Below, one piece after another: positions 12,693 through 24,338 of a stretch of DNA of 64,000 nucleotides. The translations under genes were made by a program, and so were the position numbers. The notes beneath the pieces were generated by a model. That model did no database searches. It was not told where the DNA came from and saw only the letters and a list, made by a program, of their open reading frames with translations. This DNA comes from Camelus dromedarius (lineage: Eukaryota). How positions within the stretch are numbered: the first letter of the stretch is position 1; every line of letters begins with the position of its first letter. Where the stretch lies: NCBI RefSeq assembly GCF_036321535.1, contig NC_087452.1, positions 4,340,001 through 4,404,000 on the forward strand, in the 5' to 3' direction.

Positions 12693-13122
12693 ATTTTTTA
12701 AACTTATTTTATTGATTTATAATCATTTTACAATGTTTTGTCAAATTCTAGTGTTCAGCACAATTTTTCAGTCATACATGGACATATACACACTCATCAT
12801 CACATTTTTTCCTCTGTGATTCCCTGTGCTATACAATAAAATCTTGTTTATCTATTCTACAATTTTGAAATCCCAGTCTATCCCTTCCCACCCTCCGCCC
12901 CTCTGGCAACCACAAGTCTGTATTCTATGTCTATGAGTCTATTTCTGTCCTGTATTTACGCTTTGTTTTTTGTTTGTTTGTTTGTTTTTGTTTTTGTTTT
13001 TTAGATTCCACATATGAGCGATCTCATATGGTATTTTTCTTTCTCCTTCTGGCTTACTTCACTTAGAATGACATTCTCCAGGAGCATCCATGTTGCTGCA
13101 AATGGTGTTATTTTGTTGGTTT
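12693..13122 (-). mobile_element. L1 3'-end fragment (camelid type)
   Basis: TTTTATTGATTTATAATCATTTTACAATG...GGAGCATCCATGTTGCTGCAAATGG. Confidence 0.85.
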
Positions 13123-13369
13123 AAAATACAGTCTGGTAAAAATAAAATCATTACATTTCTACTACTCAGAGATCATCAATGTTGAACTCTAGTGTTCCCC
13201 TAACCGGATCTTTCTCTTGGCATATGTACGATCATAAGTATACAGTTGAGTATATACATATGCGCCTACACAGATAGTATTTAAATTTTTAAGTAAAACT
13301 GATATATGGTACTACTTACTGCTGGGAATACCTGCTTTTTAAAGTCAATAATCTCCAACTTTCCATTTT

Positions 13370-13890
13370 AGTAAATTTTCAATTCAAATAATACCTAGTC
13401 CACATTCAAATTTCCCCAGCTGACCCAAAATGTTCTTCATAGTGGGTTTGTTCCAAACCTGAATCTGATCCAGGATAAAGACACCCAGTCGGTTGTATGT
13501 TCCTTTTAAAATCTAGTACAGCCATTCTCTGCCACCTCTGGCATCCCTTAATTTTAAGACCGCTGACTAACTGAAGAGATCAGAACACTCATCACGTAGA
13601 ATGTCTCCCTCTCTGGATTTGCCTGGTCATTTTCTTGTGGGATCATTCAGCTTGCTTTTCTATCCCTGGGTTTCTCATAAACCGGATGTTACATCCAAAG
13701 ATGTGTGGATTCAAGTGGAACATTTTTATCTGAATGTAACGTAGGTGACGTTCTGTACTTCCTATGCCATAACATCAGAGACACAGTATATGACTGGCCA
13801 TTACTGATAGTAGGATTGACTGCTAATTTAGAATGATAAAAATTTTATCTCTCCACCATAGGGTTAATTTTTTCTCCTTGCAATTACTCT
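13370..13890 (-). mobile_element. Ancient L1M (MC/MD/ME-like) 3'UTR remnant
   Basis: CCACATTCAAATTTCCCCAGCTG...TCCAAACCTGAATCTGATCCAGGA...AGAATGTCTCCCTCTCTGGATTTGCCTG pattern. Confidence 0.5.
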
Positions 13891-14021
13891 GGAATTTTAA
13901 GGATGTTCAGTTTCACTGATCATTTACCTAAAGCTTTTAACACACTTAATAATCTTTTCCTGAATCAATACTCTGAGTTTATGAAATGGACTTTTTCTAG
14001 TTCTGTCACTCCTACACTTAC

Positions 14022-14098
14022 CAGCTGGCATTTTTCTATGAGACAGAGCCTTCCTTTGAGCACTAACGCTATGTGGATACCCTGAAGTGTAGTTCCTA
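14022..14098 (-). other. Candidate cassette exon (77 nt) between A2 and B
   Basis: Strong acceptor TTCTTTCTTTGCAG|T and donor GCTG|GTAAGT. There is no transcript evidence. Confidence 0.4.
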
Positions 14099-15539
14099 CT
14101 GCAAAGAAAGAATCAACGTTTTTTTTGTTCTCTATCACTAAAAGGGCAGGTATCTTCAATACCAAACTTTCCTGGTTAGCCATGTCTGTTTCTCCTGTTC
14201 ACTGAATGCTCCTATCATAAAAATACTTACATATCTGAGTTTCTCTTTTTCAATTATTTTTAGAGAATTTTGTTTCAACTTCACTTTTCTCTGTTATCTT
14301 TGGTCTTATGACAGTTACAACCAAGACATCCATCCCCTGGTTCTTTACATAGCTAATTCTTTGTCTTTTTATTGCATAGACAAAACCACTTACCAACCCC
14401 TAGTAATATAACTAAGACTTCAGTTTTACCTAACAATTTTCAGTTAAGAGGGATTTTTCAGTTTTTAGCAATGGTTAGTCCTAGATTATAGGGAGTAAGT
14501 AACATAGAAACTTAACTGGTTCTTCCAAAGCTATGTTGTGTGTCAACATAGCTTTAGGAAGTGAGTCTAATATTCCTGACAGGTCTGTGGACTAATTAAA
14601 CCACATTCCAGCCACGCAGCTTGTTCTTTACACTTCAGGGGTGCTTTTCTTCAGATACGCTAAGCTCTAGGAAGTAAGATGCTACGCTTTCATTTTTATA
14701 AACTTGAGCTCCATTTTAACAAACTTTTCATTTTAAGTGTTCAGAAACATCTCACTGAACACAAAAGGAAGGAGAGGAAGACTAAAACATGAAGACAGAC
14801 AAGAAATAACTTCTTCAATTCTAAAGCAAGTGTGGTCCCCTCAATAAAAATAAAAACAAAACTGAACCTTAAGTCAGTCTTCCTTCCAATTATGTTTTTA
14901 TTTATCTATTGCACACAGTCAGATGAACAGCTTAAAGTGCCCATAGTTGTTCTGGGCAAGTTGACAAGTATCCTACACATTGAAACAAGAAGTGGGAAGA
15001 AGGCCAGATTGCTTAATTGTTACTTGGGAATCCGAGGAGGTGGACAAGCCAATCTTTATAGGGATCCAAAGAGTACAACTTCTTCCTCAGGCAGCAGGAG
15101 AAAACAATGGGCCAGGTTCTCATTCCCTGTAATTTTATAGGCTGATTTCATTGTATCGCCCATTGTTGCTTTCATGTACTGCCTGAAGGGGAAGTGTATT
15201 GTTATCTGTGGGAGAGCTTCCAGAAGAGAGTTACAGAGGATGAGAACACAGCCCCTGGGAGATTAATGAATGATGTGACAGTCAGTCTCCTAGGGAACTT
15301 TCAGATAAACATTTTGGGAACTGTGCACCCAAAAGACCTGTACATTGAGGTCAGGGAGTTTTAGTGACCAGGAGTTACTGAGACAAGTGATATGCCGAGC
15401 TGATTGAACAGGCTTTGGAAAGAGCACTTGGAAGGGGAAATAAACAGGGGACTGGTAAAGGGTAAGGCACCCATAAATAACAGAAATGTGAATATGAGAC
15501 TGTCATTTCTGCAGGAAGTCTTAAAGAATATTTACTCTA

Positions 15540-15665
15540 ACCCCCCATCTTTACAGTTGGGGAAACCAAGGCACAAAGAGGTTAAGTGACTTGTCCAAGG
15601 TGTTGTCCAAGATAATGTAGTTAGTTGCAAAGTCTAAGCTAGAATTCATCATTCCTTAATTCCTA
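15540..15665 (-). mobile_element. MIR SINE
   Basis: CCCCATCTTTACAGTTGGGGAAACCAAGGCACAAAGAGGTTAAGTGACTTGTCCAAGG. Confidence 0.75.
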
Positions 15666-15769
15666 AACCCACTAAATCAGTATGTTTTCAACCAGTCTCC
15701 TTACTATGGGGAGGCATAGCTACAAATGTATAATTTTAAGAAGTCCTAGAAGAAAAGCTTTATAAAGGC

Positions 15770-16210
15770 TTTTTAAAACAAGCTTATTGAGGTATATTTT
15801 ACATATCATAAAGTTCATTTCAAGTATATAATTCAATGAAATTTAGTACAATTCCTGAGTTTTGCAACCATCACCATAAATCAGTTTTGGAATATGTTCA
15901 TTACCCAGTAAGTTCTCTCATGCTGATTTATAATCAATCCCAGTTCCTATCTCCAATCCCACATAACCACTAATCTACTTTTCTGTCTTCACAGTTTTGC
16001 TTTTACTGGACATTTCATATCAATACAATCATACAACGTATGGTCTCTTGTGTTCGGCTTATTTCAGTTAGCATAATGTTTTGGAGGTTCATTCAAGTTG
16101 TAGCATGTAGCAGCAAGGTTCTTCTTATTGCTTAATAATCAAGGCCAGGCTGCGTATGAGAATACCACATTTTGTCTATCCATTCAGTTAATGGACATTT
16201 AAATTGTTTC
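15770..16210 (-). mobile_element. L1M 3'UTR remnant
   Basis: TTATTGAGGTATATTTTACATATCATAAAGTTC...GCAACCATCACCAT...TGGTCTCTTGTGTTCGGCTTATTTCAGTTAGCATAATGTTTTGGAGGTTCATTCAAGTTGTAGCATG. Confidence 0.8.
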
Positions 16211-17234
16211 AATTTTTTGATTAAAATTTCTAATTCTACAATTTCAAATCTTCTTTCATCTTAATGATAGAAGATTTGCAAAAATTCGTATTTTAGATTG
16301 TCTGGATATCTACATTATCTGGATGGCTTTATAACTGGATATTCATTAGCAGTTCAGTGCCACAGTTTGCATTTATGATTTCACTGGTTCTCAGTATTAC
16401 TACTTTAGTTGTCCAGGATTAATGACAGAAGGTCAAAGGTAGACTTTTAATGTGTAAATGATTCATTTGAGCTAAGTGAGGGCCAAATGAGGCCCATTAA
16501 TGCTGTAGGAAGGACTGTTTCACAGAAGAATTCAACAGGAGAAAAGTACAGGGAGAATTTAATCACATACATGGTGTTGGGTAGCACAGGATGTAGACCC
16601 CCAAAAACATGTGTGATAGCAATCATTTCCATTTGGGGCTATTCGTTTGAATGTTAAGGGTTGTGTTTTGTTTTTTTTTTTAATGTGTTATTTTTGGTTT
16701 TGGTTGTATGTAAGAGCTATAAGCATAAAAAGTTTATAGTTAGTTTTGAACAAATTTCAGTTACATTATAATGAAAATTATGTGAGCACTGAGAATTATA
16801 AGAAATTTTTTCCCTGAGTCTGTGTTTTACTCAAGTAATAATAAGATACAGCTATATAAAAACAACTGAACCAGACGTTAGTTTTCAAATCTCTCATTTT
16901 ATAAATAAAGAAGAAAAGAGGTGACATGACTTGTGCAAAATTATACAGCTCGTTAGTGACAGAGCCAGGTCTAACACACAGGCTCTTCAGCCAAGGCTAC
17001 AGGACATTTGTTCCAAGGTATGTACTGTTAATCTCATTGAGCCTTTAGTCATTTATGAATAAGACATACACTGAGACTGAACACGAATCAGATTCACTTT
17101 TTATGTCATATTTTTCTACCAATGACTGAATAATGATTACAATTCAACCTTTAATTTCGGACCTAAGATCTGGTATTCACGGAGGTGGCGTAAGGAAGAA
17201 GGAAAAGATGTTTAGCTAAATCCAAGAGTCAAGA

Positions 17235-17385
17235 GGCAGAACGGTGTAACTGGAAGGAAGCAGAAGACTGGGTTCGACCTTCAGTTCTGCCACGAGCTCC
17301 ACGTATGAACACAGGCAAGTCACAAGGGCTCCAGTCTTAATTCCCCATTTTTAAAGTAGATTACGTGACTTCTAACACTGTCTTT
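17235..17385 (+). mobile_element. MIR SINE
   Basis: GACTGGGTTCGACCTTCAGTTCTGCCAC...AGGCAAGTCAC...CCCCATTTTTAAA. Confidence 0.65.
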
Positions 17386-18294
17386 GACGCTTTCATCCAA
17401 TGCATTTTAAGGGTTAAGAGCTCATTTATTTATAAACTCTTGTCCCTCATCAGAATCATGCCTAACCTGCTATTAAAAGTTAACACAGTAGTGTTACTAT
17501 AATTGGCCCACATACCTGCTAACTCACCTTACTGTTCACTATTTCCTAACATATAACTTAAGAGCTATTCAAAAGGACGTATCTACTCACTCCTACCTAC
17601 CTGTGGTATATCTGTAGGTGCTGAATACATGTTGAGTGGACTCATTGCCATGTGAATAAATGTGTATATTCCTATTTTTTGCCATTCTCCAGGGCTTGCT
17701 TCTGGCCTCCTGATCTTACTTATGCTGTTCCACTTAATGATATGTTTTTCTTGATGAGCACAAAGTAAATGCTTTTTGAATGACAATTCATTAGTTCTTA
17801 CCCCTAAGAGCTCACTGTATACAGAGACAATACCACATAATTTACACCTACGTTGTTCCACATATGTTTGTTTCATTTCTTCAGGTATATTGCTAAGTCT
17901 TTTGGAAACTTGAGAGGTGACGCCTTTTACTTCATTTATTCTTCTTAATGTAGCAGTAAAGGTTCAAGATTTGACTGACTGTTCATTCCAAACAGAGAGG
18001 CCTTTTCAAAGGCCTTCAGGAAAGTGCCCTACCCCAAATTTAAAGGCCCGCAAGCAGCTCAGCCCTTTTGTTTCGTCTTCAGAGGAGGGTCTAAGAAAGA
18101 TGGTTGCCATTCTTTGAATACTGTCCCTCTACAGACCTGAAGACCATATTCAAACACAACACTCCTCTTCTTTGCCTTCCTTTCCCAGTTGAAGAATCAG
18201 TTTCTCATAACTAGTTCCTTGAACTTGATTCTGGTTTCGTTACTTTAAAAAGTCCTAGTAGAATTCATTTCTTGAGTTGTACATAGAAAGAGTC

Positions 18295-18490
18295 TTGAAC
18301 TGGGAAGCATGGGGTTCTCATCAAGGCTCTGCTCCTCAGTGATGTCTTTGGGCATTTCCGGGCTTCAATTCCCCCATGTGTAAAATGGGAAATAATATCT
18401 GCCTTGCCTTTTAGGGATATTATTAGGATTAAAGATGTCACTATATGAAAGAACTGTTGCACATTTTAAATCTCAACGCAAATGTGAGAT
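18295..18490 (+). mobile_element. MIR SINE
   Basis: GGCTTCAATTCCCCATGTGTAAAATGGGAAATAATATCTGCC...AGGATTAAAGATG. Confidence 0.7.
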
Positions 18491-20784
18491 GATATTATTT
18501 TACTATCGTTACCAGACTAAAAGCACTTTCCGTAAGATTATAATTTTAGAGCTTCATTGAATAAACATTAAAAAATATATATGTGTAAGAAAGTTGAAAG
18601 GAACTATGCTACAGTGCTAACGTTAGCTACTTCTGGGTGATGAGATTATGAATGCTTACAGTTTGCTTTATATTTTTCTGCATCTTGTTCGATAAGAGCT
18701 ATTACTCTTAGAATTTAAAAAGTTATTTTAAGTAAAATAAAGACATTGTACAACAACTGAGTATTAAAAAAAAAAAGGTGATCAGATCCAGAGGACTCTT
18801 TAAAGAGAGTATCAAAAGCAAGTCTTTTGTAGTGGGTGAAATTAAATTTCTAAGTAGATTATTAAGGTAAATAGCAGAGATGTTAAGCTAAGCTTTTTCA
18901 GAGAAGATGAAAGTTATCAAGAATAATGTGTTTCCACTTTTCTAAAGAACTATTATCTTCCATCTTTTTTTTTTTCTCTGAAGTGCTTCTATTAGATACC
19001 AGCATCACTAGTCCTTAAAAGAGTACCACGAGGTGGAAGACTCACAACATGGAAAACCTCAGACAGGAAGCCCAACGTTAGTGTTGCATAAAAGCCACAA
19101 CGCACTCCTGACCTGGTTCTCGTCCTCCGCCTCTCCACACTCCCCCAGAGCACCCAGCCTTAACCTGGTGGACCTTGTGATGTGCAGAACGCGTCCACAC
19201 ATCAATTTCAAGCTCAGCTTTCATCTTCCTTGGTGAGAATTCTGATCAGTAGACTGTTGGTTCCAGCACGGCCTCAACCTGAGGCTCGTGTCCCCTTTGA
19301 CACCTTGTCGTCATTCCCTCTCCTGCCCCTCCTGACTGGGGCTTCTGAGGGACTGGATATGGTGATCATACACTTCACTGACCAAACCGGGGCACTTCTG
19401 ACACACACTGAGACTGTCACAGGCGACCGGGACATATAATCACTTCAAAATCAAGCAAAATGAGGAGACTTAAGGAGAGGAGAGAAGTTTCACGATGTCT
19501 TTGGTCCCGGCAACCAGAAACTAGGGCAGTGCTGCCATGTCTTCCTCACACTGCCTGCCACTGCTAACGGCGGCCAGCTCTTAAACGCAGGGCTCACACC
19601 CGCAGTTTTGTTGGAAATCTATAGTTAAGTGTGGTGGAGTAAATTTTCTTTGTTTGTTCCTCTTTTCTTCTTCTTTTTTTTTAACGTTAAAGGTTCATAC
19701 AGGGCAGGTGTTTTGCAAAGGAGGGTGGGAATTGCAGAGGTTTTGCCCTAGGCTGTCTTGCATTAAGAACTGTTGCATTTGGCCACTTTTCAGGGAACCA
19801 GATGTGAAGTCAGTAATGCCCATTTGGATTACAAATCTCATTTTAATATCTTTCAACATGGATAACAATACCCAATATATTTATTTCAAGGCTTCCAAGA
19901 GGCAGACAGACATTACCCACATAGGAACCACACTCCAGAGAAGTCAGAGGATAATCCTATTAAAAATAATTTTTAAATAATCAAAAAAGCTTATTCCAAT
20001 GAAGACAGTAAAATCCAGTTTGGTTTGAAGGTTACAATTAACCAAAGCACCAAAAGTGGCAAGGACCATAATAATTCACTTCAGTAAATCTTAACACTGG
20101 GGAAGTCTTAATCACAAGTCTTAGCTACGAAAATTTGTGTATTTTGGGGTTATTACTAAGTTGGCCAAGGCCCCATAAACATGACCTAAGGCCACACAGG
20201 CCGATGGTACCAGTCCTGACATGTTCTCTGGAGAGTATACAGAGCTATGATACAGATTTAAAAGTATCTCAATATCAAATTCCTAACAACAGACCCTTTT
20301 TATCAATCTGAAACTCAAGCGAGTGGATTAAGCTACCTTGAAGGAAAATCAACAGTACTTTCTGTGACTCCCAGTTTTGCAGTACGAGGGGCGCAATGAT
20401 CTGACGGGCTCTGTGGACCACCCGGTTAGGTTCCCTGATGACGGTTCACACCATTTACTCTCATGCGTGTGAGATGGTATGAACTCCCATCCTAAATAAG
20501 GATGAGAAAGCAACTTCGTCATCCTAAGTAAGATGATGACTTGGAAATACACACCATAAAGGAGAAAAAAAATTAGAAACACACTTAGAGCAACTAAAGA
20601 TGTGAAACCGCAAAGGGCTCTATGGTAGGGCAACATGGACAACGCAGAGCCAGCGCCTGCTTGAAGTGAACGTTGGGACATGAAGGCTGTACTGGAGGAA
20701 TTCAGGACAGGGTGATTTCACCACGAAGAACAAACATATAACCTGCAACGTTTGTACGGTCTTTTAAAGTGCACAACGCATTTT

Positions 20785-20905
20785 TACATATACGGTTGAT
20801 TTAATCTTGAGAGGTAGGAATCGATTCCATTTTACTGAGAACTGAGGCTCAGGGAGGCTGTGTGACTTGGCCAAGATCATTTGACCAGGAAGTAAAATAA
20901 GAACT
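20785..20905 (-). mobile_element. MIR SINE
   Basis: CCATTTTACTGAGAACTGAGGCTCAGGGAGGCTGTGTGACTTGGCCAAGATCA. Confidence 0.75.
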
Positions 20906-21669
20906 TAAAAAATTTAACCCAAATCCACAAATATTTGTTGAATGAATCCAGGGGAAAAAAAACCTTTGCTGTTTACAAGACACTGTGGGAAATACAGAGA
21001 AGTGTAAGCCTGCCCTTAAGGAATTTATATCTCGTTGGGGAAACAAGCTGCAAAGAGGTGAAAAGTTAAGTAATGATTCATGACGTGAGTAAGAATTCCA
21101 GCCAATGGCAGGAGAGATGTCACAAGGTAGCACCTGGCGAATTGCCAAATACATGGGAAAATGACTAAGTTTCACAGGGACTCAGAAGAGCATGTCCAAG
21201 TGGGAGGGCTCATGGAAGAAACAGGATTTCGGCTACAGCTCACACAAGAGCAAGCTAGAGGACGTACAAGAGCACGGCCTCCTGAGAACCAGCGACCACG
21301 TATCTGTGGCCCATAAATGCATGGATGTATCTGTTCCTATCTATGTCACAGAACCTCAGTAGCTACTGTGGTACACAAGACTGCTGTCTGCACAACTGAT
21401 GATCAGGTGAACGACGCATGAACACGTGGAGAGGAAGTGTGGTGCGTCCAGCACAGGGAAAGAGCGTGTCTGGGGGACAGCGGGTGCAAAGGTTATCAGG
21501 CTCTTTAGGGGTCTAGTGAGCAGCTCATCCAGGGTTATACAGTCAGAGGGCGCAGCAGGAGCCAGAATGCAGGGCTCCTGGTTTCCAGCAAGGAATAGAG
21601 GTGTCAATGGAACGAATATTGGCTTTAAAATGAGATCAACTTCAACTAGCATCCTAGCGTCACCACGTA

Positions 21670-21805
21670 GTGGGGCGTAATTTTGGGCAAGGTGCTTAAC
21701 CTCTTTAAGTCTCAGTAGCCTCACCCCTAAAACAAAACTGTTGTGAGGACTGAAAGACAGAACGCGTGCAAAGCACTCAGAACTGCTCGGCACTGGGTAA
21801 GGGTA
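21670..21805 (+). mobile_element. MIR SINE
   Basis: TTGGGCAAGGTGCTTAACCTCTTTAAGTCTCAG...TTGTGAGGACTGAAAGA...AAAGCACTCAGAAC. Confidence 0.7.
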
Positions 21806-23394
21806 CGTATTAGTTTCTTTCTCCCCAGACCACATTTTAAAGGGTATTTTAATTTATTAAAAGATTCACTTTGGTATGATTGCCATTGGCAAGATCCCCT
21901 GTGCAGCTAGCTGCCTTGTGACTTAATTTACGCCAACCTGACACAGATGTAACTTCTCACACTGCTCCTTACTACCCGCATATGTGTGTCTGTAATGTCA
22001 GTGAAGTAATTTTGAAGGAGCTGCAGTACATATGCGGTCAGTGGTCAAAGAAGTACACACGCTGACGAAATTAACAACGCTGAGGAATGCACTAGTATAC
22101 TTGGCTCTACTGGTATAGAATTATATAAAAACCCACATAGAAATAAAAATAAATGCAATATAACTTTCATCAACTATGAAAAACCCTATGTACTGCAAGT
22201 TGTTCCTATGCCTCTAGAAAAACTGGACCAATGCTAAGGGGGGAAAGAAGGCAGTTAAAAAGTGATTCGTTTTTAAAAGCAGCTTCCAGAGCACTTCCTG
22301 AGATAATTGTCAATATTTTCTGTATCTTCAGTAAAATGTCACATGTTATTCAAAATGAAACCAAGACATTAAAAGTTCCTGAATCATCAATTCAGAGTTA
22401 CCTAAATTCAATTGAAATTTTATTTCATCTCACAGTATTTACCAAGACGGAAAAATGGCTTACCATCTTTAAGAGAGATCTTACATAACCAGAAATGAAA
22501 AGTGCTCTCTGGTTGACTGAGTTAACCAGAAACTCATTTTTACCAAGAATAGCGTACATCCCAGTTCATTAACATTTCACAGGACTACCTTCTGGCAAAC
22601 GAACTGGAAAAATGTTCAACTTGACAATCAGCAGCATAAAACGATCTCAGCATGTAAGGCAGGTAGATGTTCTGTGAAACCAACCATTTGACTTTTCCAT
22701 CAGAGAGCAGACCCCCCAGGCTCTGGCCCTTCATCCACTGCTTCTCTTCTTTCTGGCTCCTGAGGTAACAAGTGTCCCACCACGCAGGCGGGTTCTTCCT
22801 CAAGGCTCTGTCTCAAGGCTCTTCACTCTTCCAACTCTATATGCTCTCCCTCGGCAATCTCATTACAGAAGGCTTCACATGTCAAGGATGTATTGAGACC
22901 AAATCTGCATCTCCATCCTCGTGGTCTCACCTGTGCCTCAGCCCTATACACAAACATCTATTTGCTATGCCCACTGAAATTTCTCATGGGTGACTCAAAC
23001 TCTACAGGTCCAAGAATGCACCTATCACCTACCCCTCAGGACAAGTCTCCTGCAGAGAGCCTCACCTCAGCAAATGGCTCTGCCAATCTCTCAGCTCATC
23101 ATGACAAAAAAAAAAAAAAAAAAAAAAGGGGAGTCATTACTGACTGCTCTTATACTTACACCCAGTCCATCACCACTTCCTCCTGATTCTACCTGTTAAG
23201 TACATCCAGCCTCTTCTCTTAATCTTCTCTGCTACTGATCCCAATCCAAACCACTCTCATCACAGCAGGCAGGAAAATCCTTTCATTTGAAGAGAGACAA
23301 TCTCAGGTACTGATTTTGGCAACAGGTTAAGAAGCATTCAATCTTAATTCCATGTATGTGGCAATGAAAGGCAGATAGAAAGCACTTCTCTGGG

Positions 23395-24338
23395 CTCAAA
23401 TGAAAGGGTCTTTTTGATCATATAGAGAAGCATGTAAGAAAATGAATTAAAAAGTAAGACAGGAACAATAAAAAGGCAAAAGGCAAACAGCGCAACTAAA
23501 AAATGGGCAAAGGACTTGAATAGACATTTCACCAAGGACATACAGATGCCCAATGAGCACACGGAAGGATGCTGAACATCATGGGTCACCAGGGAAGTGC
23601 AAATGAAAAGCCACAATGAGATAACGCTTCATAACCTACTAGGATGGCTATAATAAAAAAATACGGAAAATAACAAGTGTCGGGGAGGATGTGGAAACTG
23701 GAACCCTTGTACATTGCTGGTGAGAATGTAAAAAAGTACAGCAACTGTGGAAGACAGTGTGGCAGATCTTCAAAAGGTTAAATACAAAATCACCATGTAA
23801 AGCCAGCAGTTCTACTCCTAGGAATATNNNNNNNNNNNNNNNNNNNNNNNNNNNNNNNNNNNNNNNNNNNNNNNNNNNNNNNNNNNNNNNNNNNNNNNNN
23901 NNNNNNNNNNNNNNNNNNNNNNNNNNNNNNNNNNNNNNNNNNNNNNNNNNNNNNNNNNNNNNNNNNNNNNNNNNNNNNNNNNNNNNNNNNNNNNNNNNNN
24001 NNNNNNNNNNNNNNNNNNNNNNGTGTTACAATGCGGACAAACTTTGAAAACACTGTCCTAAGTGAAATAAGCCATACACCAAAGAACAAATACTGTCTGA
24101 TCCCACGTAACTGGAATAGGCAAACTCACAGAGACAGAAAGCAGAACAGACGTAACCACGGGCGGAGGGATGGGTGATGGGTGTTACTGTTCAATGGGCA
24201 GAGTTCCTGTTAGAGGTGATGAAAAGGCCTGATGGTTGTACAGCGCTGTGAATGCAATTAATGTCACCAAACGGTCTACTTAAATATGGTTAAAGTGGCA
24301 AGTTTTTGTTACATACACTTAACCACAAAAAAATAAAA
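23395..24338 (+). mobile_element. L1M ORF2 end + 3'UTR remnant, interrupted by an assembly gap
   Basis: AAAAATGGGCAAAGGACTTGAATAGACATTTCACCAA...ACATTGCTGGTGAGAATGTAAAA before the gap. AGTGAAATAAGCCA...CTTAACCACAAAAAAATAAAA after it. Confidence 0.85.
23828..24021. other. Assembly gap (194 N)
   Basis: Run of N characters. Confidence 0.99.

Noticed and set aside
20349-20681. 110-aa ORF with a hydrophobic stretch
   Set aside because: The hydrophobicity comes from a T-rich tract. There is no good start context, splice support or homology.
23757-24089. ORFs spanning X runs
   Set aside because: Artefacts of the assembly gap inside an L1.
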